A stretch of 64,000 nucleotides of DNA. Source: Anaeramoeba ignava BMAN (Eukaryota; Protista; Anaeramoebae). The notes below the pieces were generated by a model that was not told the DNA's origin, made no database searches, and saw only the letters and a program-made list of their open reading frames with translations. The position numbers were made by a program, and so were the translations under genes. Positions within the stretch are counted from its first letter, which is position 1. Each line of letters starts with the position of its first letter. Below, one piece after another: positions 11,041 to 22,309 of this stretch. The stretch spans positions 248,001 through 312,000 of the forward strand of contig JAPDFW010000082.1 of assembly GCA_028826165.1 (NCBI GenBank). The letters are read 5' to 3'.

Positions 11041-13778
11041 TCACCAACCAAGCACTTGTTGAATACTTTTAATTAAAATATTTGACATTATTGCATGAGC
11101 TTCAACATTCTAAAAAAAAAAGAGGAAAGGAAAAATTAATTTAAAAATTATTAATTAAAAATTAAAAAAAAAGATTCCAAAATTACAGGCTATTCAAAAA
11201 AAAAAACTTTAAAATAAGAAAAAATTCTTTAAACAACCAAAAAAAAAACTTAATCAAATTACACTAAAAAAAAACAAGAAAATTAAATTTGTTAGTAAAA
11301 ATTATAAAGTATTATTTAAAAACAAAAAAATAACAAACTGTGTTTGGCAACCTTCAAGATCTGGAGTAAGAATATTTGTCCAATTAACAAAATAGACATT
11401 TGGTTGTTCAAGTGAGATAATTTCTTGAATTAATTTAACTGGATCACCATACCTTTTAATATTCAAAATAATATTCAAAATAATATTTAAAATAATATTT
11501 AAAATAATATTCAAAATAATATTTATATTAATATTCAAATTAATATTTAAAATAATATTCAAAATAATATTCAAAATAATATTCAAAATAATATTCAAAA
11601 TAATATTCAAAATAATATTTAAAATAATATTTAAAATAATATTCAAAATAATATTTAAAATAATATTTAAAATAATATTTAAAATAATATTCGAAATAAT
11701 ATTCAAAATAATATTCAAAATAATATTTAAATTAATATTTAAAATAATATTCAAATTAATATTCAAAATAATATTCAAAATAATATTTAAAATAATATTC
11801 AAATTAATATTTAAAATAATATTTAAAATAATATTCAAAATAATATTTAAAATAATATTTAAAAATAATATTTAAAATAATATTTAAAATAATATTCAAA
11901 ATAATATTTAAAATAATATTTAAAATAATATTCAAATTAATATTTAAAATAATATTCAAAATAATATTTAAATTAATATTTAAAAATAATATTTAAAATA
12001 ATATTTAAAATAATATTTAAATTAATATTTAAAATAATATTTAAAATAATATTTAAAATAATATTTAAATTAATATTTAAATTAATATTCAAATTAATAT
12101 TCAAAATAATATTTAAAATAATATTCAAAATAATATTCAAATTAATATTTAAAATAATATTTAAAATAATATTTAAAAAAATATTCAAAATAATATTCAA
12201 AATAATATTCAAAATAATATTTAAAATAATATTTAAAATAATATTTAAAATAATATTTAAAATAATATTTAAAATAATATTTAAAATAATATTTAAAATA
12301 ATATTCAAAATAATATTTAAAATAATATTTAAATAAATACATTGGACCAGTAGTTATAAACATTGGGATATCTCCATAAAAATATCGATAATGTGATATT
12401 AAATCACGATATCCTTTGATAAAAACATCATCATCTGGATGAGCTATTATTAAGATAGTAAAAAAAATTCAGAGAATTAAAAAAAAAATGAATATAAAAA
12501 TATAAGAATATCTGAAAATATGAAAATATACGCAATGTAGAATAATCATTTCCACCAAGATGAAGTACCATTGCATCTGGTTGCCATTTTGAATAATCCC
12601 ATGAATATTGTTCTGATGTATTTGAACGGAGACTACTATTCATATAAAATCCAAAAGGACGTGCTGATGTTTTATTTGGATCGCCATAATTTCTAACAAC
12701 TCCAATTCCAGAAATAGCTTCAATAAAATAATCAGCATCAAAATATCTAGAAACCTAAAATTAAAATGTTATTTTTGAATTGAACGAAAAATAATTTGTG
12801 GTTTAATTATTAATTTTATTTTCCAATTTATTCTTACAACAGGTCCATCTATTTTGGGAATATAAATATATAAATATAAATATAAATATAAATATAAAAA
12901 TATAAATATAAATATTTACAAGCAAGATAAACGTCTTCAGTTTCTGCACTAAATAAAAATAAAAATAAAAATAAATATTTAAAATATTTAAAATAAAAAT
13001 AAATATAAATATAAATATAAATACCTAAATGGTTCATCAATAGATTTACACTCATCTCCATATCCAGCAACTACTGAATCACCTTTAAACAGAAATTCAA
13101 AAAAATTAAAATTTGAAATCGGATAAAAAATTAAATTAAAAAATTAATAAATGTTTTTTGTTTTTTGTTTTACCAATAAATTCAAGTTTTCGATTTTTTA
13201 AACTTTTTGATTCTGGATTGACATATAAATTTATTCCACCATCAATAATGGCTCTATAAAATTTTGCAATTGATAAAGCTTCTGTTCTTTTATATAAACT
13301 AACGCTATAAGTTTGTGAAGGATCCAAATTAGAAGCAATCTGATATCTTGTTTTTCCTTCATTTACAATTAATTTAAGTTCTGAAGTTATATTAATTTTT
13401 GAATTGAATGATTGAATTATTATTTGGAAAATATTGGATGTTGTATCAGCTTCTAATGATCTTTTGTTTTGAGGAAATTTTTGAACATCATCAAATTCAA
13501 CCCAAATTTCTTGTGTTGATGAAACATTAAATTGTAAATAAACTCCCTGTTTATTTTGGATAAGAATTGATTTTAGTTAATTTTTTTTTGTGAATTGTTT
13601 TGATTTTTTATTATTTATTGTTATTTTTTTTTTGTACTGGCCAATCAATTATTGCACAATTTTCTTTTGAATCAAAAACAAATCTTCCAATAATTGAAAC
13701 ACTTGAATCACCAAAAACTTCTAAAATTAAAGAAAAGTAAAATAAAAAACTGATAAATTTTGAAAAATTTTGTTTCAT
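11041..13778 (-). CDS. CE2-family SGNH carbohydrate (acetyl) esterase; 11 exons including 11-nt (12838-12848), 1-nt (11263) and 3-nt (11187-11189) microexons
   Basis: Signal peptide; IDWPG, YKRTE, LEFIGDSVVAGYG (block I), AISGIG (block II), LGGND (block III) and GCQTHPNVEAH (block V) after splicing. Confidence 0.85.
11453..12339 (-). repeat. Intronic 12-bp satellite (AATATTT/CAAAAT)
   Basis: Fills a CE2 intron and produces the spurious NIIL and FKYY ORFs. Confidence 0.9.
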
Positions 13779-13889
13779 TTTGATAAGAAAAATGAAAAAA
13801 ATGAAAAATGAAAAAATAGAAAATTTATTCTCTTCTTTTTTTAAAAACAAATTGATTACAAAATCCAATTTAATTTAATTTAATTTAAT

Positions 13890-16800
13890 TTAGAATTTTA
13901 CACTATTATTATTATTATTGTTATTTTTATTTTGAGAAGATAATCCTTTATATTCATTAATTTCAGATAAAAGTTCTTTATAATGTAAACTTCTTAAAAA
14001 TCTATAATGAAGAATTTTATCAGATATTAAACTTGAATGAACAATTTTTAAAGCTTCATCAAAAAGAGTTGCAACTGGATTTTCTCCCATTTGATTTAAT
14101 TGTGATAAAATATTTTGTTGAATTTCTTGAGGAATATTAATTGTATTTTGTGAATCTTCTTTAAGAAAATTATTAATTATATATTCAGCATGAATTTTTG
14201 CAATTGAATCTTCCCATAACAAACAAAATTGTTGATAATTATGAACATGAAACCAAAAAAGAAGTTGATTTGCTTTTAATGAAGAATATTTTTCAAGATT
14301 TTGTGATTTTGATTCATAATCTTGTTCATATTCATTAACAGTAAAATTAAGTAAATGTTTTATATAAAGATTGATAAAAAATTGTAATTTTACAAGTCGA
14401 ACTGTTTCACTTTCACAATTTTTTGCTTTCATATTATTAAAAAAATCATGAACAGTTACTGATTCTGAATGTGATAAAGAATTTCTAAGAATTCTATTTC
14501 TATTTCTCTTGTTTCCACTTCCTTGGAAAAATCTTACTAAAGCTACATCTTTTTTGGATTTACTTTTTGGATTTTCTTTGTTTTTATTTTTAGTTCGATT
14601 TTGTTGACTAGTTAAATCAATTTCGTTGTTTTCTTTTTTATTGTGAAATTTTTTTATATCAAAATCGGATCTATTTTTATTAGAATCAATTTCTAATGAA
14701 TCAATCATATTTTTAAAATCAAAGGAAACTACTGTTCTTTCAGGAAGAGAATGAGGTGAATGTGAACGTTTTTCTTTTGAATTTTGTTTTTCTTTTTCTT
14801 TTTCTTTTGATTTTTGTTTTGAATTTTGTTTTTGTTTTTCTTTTTCTTCATTAAATAATGAATTTTTTGGATCTAAATCAAAATCTGATTCAAATATTTG
14901 AGAATTAAATAAGGAATTTATAAATTCTTCTTTAATCATTTCTTGTTTGTTAAATTCTTCATCTGATTCAAAAGTTGGAAAATAACCTTCAAATTGTGTT
15001 GAAATATTTGAATTTGTTTCTTCATTTTTAGGTAAAGAATCATTTTCAGAAAAATCACTTGATTGAATTTCATTTTGTTGAGAATTATTTTGATTACTTA
15101 ATTAAGAAATATTAAAAATGAATGAATAAAGAAAAACAATTTTAATTTTTTAAAATTTGGATTAATTTATTTTATATTATTTTATATTTATATTTATTCT
15201 TACTTATTTGAAGGAGGAGTATTTTTAAAGCCAGGAGAATCAGGAATAACCCAATCATCTTCATCTTCATCTTCATCTTCAATATTTTCATTTTGAATAT
15301 TTTCATTTTGAATTAAATTTATATTTTCATTTTCAATTAAATTTATATTTTCATTTTCAATTAAATTTATATTTTCATTTTCATTTTCAACTTCTTCAAG
15401 TTCTTGTAAAAGTTTCTCAATCTTTGTTTGATTTTCAATATTCAATTTAGATAATCTATCAATCTCAATTTGAAGTTGAGTATCTGATAAATTTTGGAAC
15501 ATATTAACATTAACATTAGCATTTTTATTTTGTTCAATTTTTCTTGGTGTTCCAAATAAAAGTTTAGTTTGAAAATCAATTTCTGGTTCCATTTCACCTC
15601 CACTTCCCAATTCTGTACCTAATCCTAATCTAAATTCTGTTTCTGTTCCTAAATCAATTTCTGTATCAATATTCTCATCTGTGTCATTTTGAGCTGATTT
15701 ATTTCCTGTTTGTGATTCTGTTAATGAACGAGAAAGTGAATCGGTCTTTGATTCTGATTTTGATTCTGATTTTGAATCAACAATATTATCAAATTCAAAT
15801 AAAACTTCATTTTCTGTAAATTCTCCTTTCTCAAAATCAATATTAGCAAATCTTTTTTCTAAATTTGCAAATGGTGTATTATTTTCACCATCTGGTTCAA
15901 ATAATAAATCTAAATTTGCCTCTTTATGCCGATCAATTAATACTTTCAAAATTTCTTCATTACAATATTTTGTTGCAACATGAAGAACATTTCGTCCTTT
16001 TTTTGTTTTCTTTTTTTAAAAAAAAAGATTATAATCCAAAAACAAATAAAAATTATTATAAAAATTGTAATTATAATTAAATATTCAATCTAATTTACTT
16101 GACTGTAATCAAAATGATATTTTGCTAAATTTTTGATAATTTCAATTTTCAATTTATGTTGCTGTTCATCAATTTCAATATATTTCATCAATTTTAATGC
16201 TGTATGAAAAGCATTTTCTCCTTTAGAATTTTGAATATTTAATAATTTTGAATTTGCTGATAATCTTCTTAATAAAACTTTTGAATAATAAAAAACATAA
16301 ATAAAAGCAAACACAATTAAGAATATAAATTAAAAAAATTTTCTTTTTCTTTTTCTATTTCTAAAATAATTTGGAAAAGAAATACTTTCAACAGAATTAT
16401 AATTTCTTGATAAAATTGCACAATGTAATGGTGTATTTCCTGTATTTATTGATTTAATCATAATACTTCTAAGTGGTCTTTTATTTAAATAGTCTGTAAA
16501 AATTTCATCATATGGAAAAATAGAACAAACCCAAGCTATTTTTATATAAAATTTCAATCATTTTAATTCTCATTTCCTTTTCAAAAATATAAATATTATT
16601 TTAATTACGATTTATAAATTCAAAAAAATTTATTAATAATGGAATAAGATGTATTTTAGCTGAATTTTCAAGAGTTGCTAATCCTTGATTCATTAAAAGA
16701 TTTTGAACCCAATTTTGAATATTTTCTTTTGTTAAATTTGATTTATTTTTTGAATTCTTTTTTTGTTTTTTTTTTGAATTAAATTTTTTTAATTTAAATT

Positions 16801-17123
16801 TTTTTTCAATAAATTTTTTTTACTTTTTGAATATCTTTTGCCAGTTTTCGTAATTCAGTAAAACTATGAATTGTATTCCAAGCTGCAAATTTAATAAATA
16901 TTGTAATTTCATAAAATTTTTCTTTTGATTTCTTTTTTCTTTTTAAATCCTTTTTTTTTTTAAATTGAAAAATTATTTTAAATTTTTGTTTTTTATTATT
17001 TCTTTTTTTCTTTTATTTATTTACATTTGGGGTTTTTGTTGTAGAATTAACAGTTATATTTATTATTAATGAAAGTATTCTAAAAAAAATTGAAGGTGGA
17101 ATTCTCTCAATTTGATCATTCAT
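13890..17123 (-). CDS. Ankyrin-repeat protein with C-terminal RGS-like domain (7 exons)
   Basis: Ankyrin motifs GNTPLHCA, GENAFHTA and GRNVLHVA; C-terminal LLFWFHV...IINNFLKEDSQNTINI...LFDEALKIV...RFLRS is RGS-like; six GT-AG introns keep the frame. Confidence 0.7.
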
Positions 17124-17409
17124 TTGTTTTTAATTTTATTTATAATTTTTGATTTGTTTTCGTTTTTTATTTTATTTTTATTTTTATGATAATTGAAAAA
17201 AAAAAAATAATAAATCAAATAAAGAAAATATATTTAAAAAAGAAAAAAGAAAAAAAATGAAAAATTTAAATTTGAAAAAAAAAATATTTTTAAAAATAAA
17301 TGAAAAAAAAAATCAAAACAATCCATTTAAAAGAATTTAGATTTTATCCCCTAAATAAAAAATCTTTTCTCATTTCCGCATTTTTCTTGATCACAAAAGA
17401 ATTTGAAAT

Positions 17410-17780
17410 TAAAAAATAATTTAAAAATAATTTAAAAATAATTTAAAAATAATCTAAAAATAATTTAAAAATAATTTAAAAATAATTTAAAAATAATTTA
17501 AAAATAATTTAAAAATAATCTAAAAATGATTTAAAAATAATTTAAAAATAATCTAAAAATAATCTAAAAATAATTTAAAAATAATCTAAAAATAATCTAA
17601 AAATAATCTAAAAATAATCTAAAAATAATCTAAAAATAATCTAAAAATAATCTAAGAATAATCTAAAAATAATTTAAAAATAATCTAAAAATAATTTAAA
17701 AATGATTCTAAAAATAAATTAAAAATGATTTAAAAATGATTTAAAAATAAATGATTTAAAAATGATTTAAAAATAAATGT
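17410..17780. repeat. 11-bp satellite (AAAAATAATTT/CT) flanked by ~60-bp direct repeats
   Basis: Tandem units; flanks ~17358-17422 and ~17818-17884 share AAATCTTTTCTCATTT...TTGATCACAAAAGAATTTGAAATT. Confidence 0.85.
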
Positions 17781-18074
17781 CAATTTTGTAATAAATTTAA
17801 ATTATTTCAAAAAAAACAAAAAATCTTTTCTCATTTTTTCATTTTTTTTGATCACAAAAGAATTTGAAATTTAAAAAATAATTTGTTTTTCTTTTCTTTT
17901 CTTTGTTTTAAATTTAAAAATTTCCTTTATTTTTCAAAAAAAAAAATTTCTTATTCGAAAAGAGAAAAAAATTTTGAAAAAAAAAAGTGGAACAAAAATT
18001 TTTCAAAAAGAAAAAGAAAAAGAAAAAGAAATTTAAATTTAAATTCAAATTCAAATTTTTTTATATTTAATAAA

Positions 18075-18620
18075 TTAATTCCAAGAATCAAATAATTCTT
18101 CCCATTTCTTTTGAGTTTTTTCATTAAAAACATGACCAATTTTTTCAATTTCATCTAAAATACATTCTCTAATTAATAAATAATTAGAAAAAATGTTTTT
18201 CTTTGTTTGAATTAATTCTAAAAAAGAAGAAATTGTTAAAAAATCTGGTCCAATTTTAGATTCCCAACAAATATTTAAATTATTCATTTGTAATTGATAT
18301 TTATCAAAATAATTAAAAATTTCTTCATAAATAGATAAAAAATTTTGATAAATTCCTTCAAATTGTAGCATTAGTTTTCTTAATTCATAAAGTAAATTTT
18401 CTATTGATTTAATTTGATTTGAAATTAAATCGTTTTTAATATTTGAAAATCCTATTAAAATTCCATAACATTTTTCTTTAAAAAAAAGTGATGTTCTTGA
18501 AGAAATATCAAGAATTTTTTCAATAATAAGTTTTGAATAATCATTTACTTCTTTCCAATCTTCAAAAACTTGATTAATTTTTTTATAAAAAGATTGAAAT
18601 TTTTTAAAATGTTTTTCCAT
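18075..18620 (-). CDS. C1orf109/AIRIM-like helical protein
   Basis: Intronless 181-aa ORF; the pattern F..W.E....I...SR.....YG.L.......L...Q..S.E.L resembles plant and protist C1orf109-like proteins as I recall them. Confidence 0.5.
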   Translation of the reverse strand: MEKHFKKFQSFYKKINQVFEDWKEVNDYSKLIIEKILDISSRTSLFFKEKCYGILIGFSNIKNDLISNQIKSIENLLYELRKLMLQFEGIYQNFLSIYEEIFNYFDKYQLQMNNLNICWESKIGPDFLTISSFLELIQTKKNIFSNYLLIRECILDEIEKIGHVFNEKTQKKWEELFDSWN

Positions 18621-18926
18621 TTTTTTTAAAAAGAAAATAAAAAAGAAAAAAATGATTTTAATAAATTATTTGATTTAATTAGAAAAAGGGGGTTTTGATT
18701 TAAAAGGAAATTTTTAATTATTATTATTTAAATGAAAAAAGAAGAGAGAAGAAACAAAAATAAAATTTTTTTTTATTTGGAAAAATTATTTTTATTTTTT
18801 TTTCATTTTTTTTCTTTTTCTTTTTTCATTTTTTTTTTTTAAAAACAAACAAATAATATTTTCACTTTCTTTTTTTTTGTGTTTTTTTTTAATTAATTAA
18901 TTAATTAATATTTTAAAAAAAAAATA

Positions 18927-21900
18927 ATGACAAATATTCCAGATTTTCTTAATCCAAACAAAGAAAAAATCGAAAAAAATAACGAAATTGAAACAAATAT
19001 TATTCAAACACCAAAAATTGAACAAGAAAATGATTTTATTATTCCTATACCATCATTTGGAGAAGTTGAAAATAAATCAAATCAATCAAATAAATTAGAA
19101 TCAAACAAAGAAAATCAAAATATAAAAGAAATTAAAAGTAAAATAATTAAAAATTAAAACAAAACAAAACAAAAGAAAAGAAATAATAAAAAAAATTTTT
19201 TTTGTGTTTTTTTTTTTGCTTTTTTCTTTTTTAAAAAAAATAAATATATATAAATATAAAAGAAAAAGAAACAAAAGAAACTAATTATAATAAAATTTAT
19301 CAAACAAAGAACCCAGAAATACAACCACAAATAACTTCAGGGAATTATCAAAAAGGTATTTATTAATTTAAAATTTATTTATTAAATTAAAATTCATTTA
19401 TAAATTTAAATTAATTTCGAAATTAAAATTAAAATTAAAATTTAAATTAAAAAATAAAATTTATTTATAAAATTTAAATTCATTTATAAAATTAAAATTC
19501 ATTTATAAATTTAAAATTCATTTATAAAATTAAAATTCATTTATAAAATTCAAATTAAAATTAAAATTTATTTATAAATTTAAAATTAAAATTAAAATTT
19601 AAATTAAAATTAAAATTAAAATTAAAATTAAAATTCATTTATAAAATTAAAATTCATTTATAAATTAAAATTTAAATTAAAAAATAAAATTAAAATTAAA
19701 ATTCATTTATTAAATTAAAATTAAAATTCATTTATAAATTAAAATTAAAATTGAAATTAAAATTCATTTATAAAATAAAAATAAAAATTAAAATTAAAAT
19801 TAAAATTTTTAGATCTTGATGATTTAAACCAATTAAAAAGAGCAATATCTGTTCAAAGTAAAAAAAACTTTGAAATTGAAAAAGAAATCAAACAATTAGA
19901 TCAAAAAATCGCACTTTTAATCAAAAATCGAATTACATTAAACGAAGTACAAATATCGAACATAGAAGATCAAGAAGAAAAAGTAATATCAATAAAAGAT
20001 GAGAGAGTAAGGGATCAATACAGTGGATTATTCTATTTAATGTATCACATGCCTAAGTATATAGCGACAGTAACAAGATATGTGAATCCCGGCGAATGTG
20101 AAAAATTACTTCAAATTGTGATGTTTACAATTTATGGAAATCATTATGATCAAAGAGAAGAAAAATTACTGCTTAATTTATTTGAACTTGCACTTTATTC
20201 TGAGTTTAAAAATTGCACACATACTAATACTTTATTGAGAGCAAATACTACAATTACAAAATTATTATTTACTTATACTAGAAGAGGTCCTGGTCAACTT
20301 TACTTGAAAAAATTATTGGCGGATCATCTTCAAGCTATTGCTTCTGATGAAGAGCTTAATCTTGAAATTAATCCTGTTAGAATTTATGAACAATGGGTTA
20401 ATGAAGAAGAATCAAGAACTGGAATAACTTCTGAAATGAAAAAGAAAGTAACTTATGAAGAAGCTGCTGAACATCCAAAAGTTATAGAATTATTAGGTCC
20501 AAGAGTTTTAAAATTACAAGAATTATTTAATGATGTTTGTTATAAAATTAAAATTCATTTATAAAATTAAAATTCAAATTAAAATCAAAATTTAAATTAA
20601 AATTCATTTATAAAATTAAAATTAAAATTAAAATTAAAATTTATAAAATTAAAATTTATTTATAAAATTAAAATTAAAATTAAAATTTATTTATAAAATT
20701 AAAATTAAAATTAAAATTTATTTATAAAATTAAAATTTATTTATAAAATTAAAATTTATTTATAAAATTATTTTTTAAAGTTATTACAATTAATTGCAGA
20801 CAAAATCGATATGGTTCCTTATGGAATTCGTTTAATTTGTAAACAAATCAGAAAATTAACTCTTGAATTTTTCCCTAATGCAGATAAATATGATATTGCT
20901 GCACTTGTTGGTGGTTTTTTTATTCTTAGATTTCTTAATCCAGCAGTTGTAACTCCAACAGCATATCACATTGTAGAAGGAAAATTAACACCAAATGCAA
21001 GAAGAAATTTAACACTTCTTGCAAAACTCTTACAGTTATTATCAAACATGGTTGATTCATTTGGGAAAAAAGAAATTTATATGGCAATTTTAAGGGATTT
21101 TATGGTTGAGAAAAAAAAACAACTTGCAATATTTCTTGAGGATATTTGCGATGTTGCAGACTTGGAAACAGATGATGAACTTGATCAATTTCTCGCACTT
21201 TCCTCAGAGAATGTGACTATTAGTGTGACACTTAATGAACTGTTTTTTATTCATGAACTATTTGCAAAATATTCAGATAAAGTTATTCAAGATGAAAATG
21301 ATCCTTTAAAAACTGCACTTGATAAAATGGGAGAAGCACCAAAACAACTTGATCGAGATCAAAACCCAACTGTTCAACTTACATTAGCAAATCATTACGC
21401 AAATCCACTCTCGAAAGAACGAGGAAATGTTCTTAAAATGTATCAAGAAACAAAAGAAATGTTGGCAACAATTTATCAACAATTATTGGATGGATTGAAG
21501 GAAGAAGAAGTTGATGCTAAAATATTTGTAAAAAATTTACAGAAATTGAGGAACGAAGCAAAGGCATCAAAAGACAGAAAAGCAAATCGCAAGATTAAAC
21601 GCATCATGTTTAATATGAAGAAGTTATTGAAAGAAAAAATCATCTCAAAAAATAATAATTTCAAAAAACTTCGGTCTGATGTCGCAAATTATATCAAACA
21701 GAGACAAATCAATCATCAAAGAATTGTTAACGAATCTTCACTACTCATGTCAGTGAAAGAAAGTGTTGATCGACATTTTGATTATTTAAAGAACCAACTT
21801 GGAATTTATAGGGAATATTTGGATAATGTCAGAAAACAAGCATTTGAAAAGAATCAAAAAACTTTTAAAGGATCTCAACAAAGAAAAAAGAAAGTAATGA

Positions 21901-22184
21901 AATTTTCTCATAACGAACTTGAGAAAATTGGAGTTTTATCAGATTCAGAAGTTCCAAAAGAAAGAAGAACTTTTGTTTACTTCAAAATATCAACTACTTC
22001 TTCACCTGGTATTTTTAATTTCGAACTTTGTTATAAGAATAAACCAAATCCTCTTTATGTTACTAATCTTCATATGGAAACTATTTTGGAAGCTCAACAT
22101 AATTCTGAAATTTTTCTTGAACTTGATCATGTTGCTTTGAATGTTAATTTCTTAATTCATTTATTGAAAAAGAATTTTCTTTAA
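18927..22184 (+). CDS. IQGAP-related RasGAP (GAPA/DGAP1-like); exons 18927-19137, 19263-19355, 19813-20534, 20781-22184
   Basis: LDQKIALLIKNRI, DQREEKLLL, LLRANT, LNLEINP, VPYGIR, FFILRFLNPAVVTP (RasGAP), RasGAP_C region and C-terminal LNVNFLIHLLKKNF. Confidence 0.9.
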
Positions 22185-22309
22185 AATAATTTTTTTCTTT
22201 TTAAAATAATTTTTTACTTCATTTGAAATTCTCAATCAAAATTTTTAATTAATTAAACCCAAAAAAACAAATTAAAATTAAAAATTGAAATCAAAATTGA
22301 AATCAAAAT

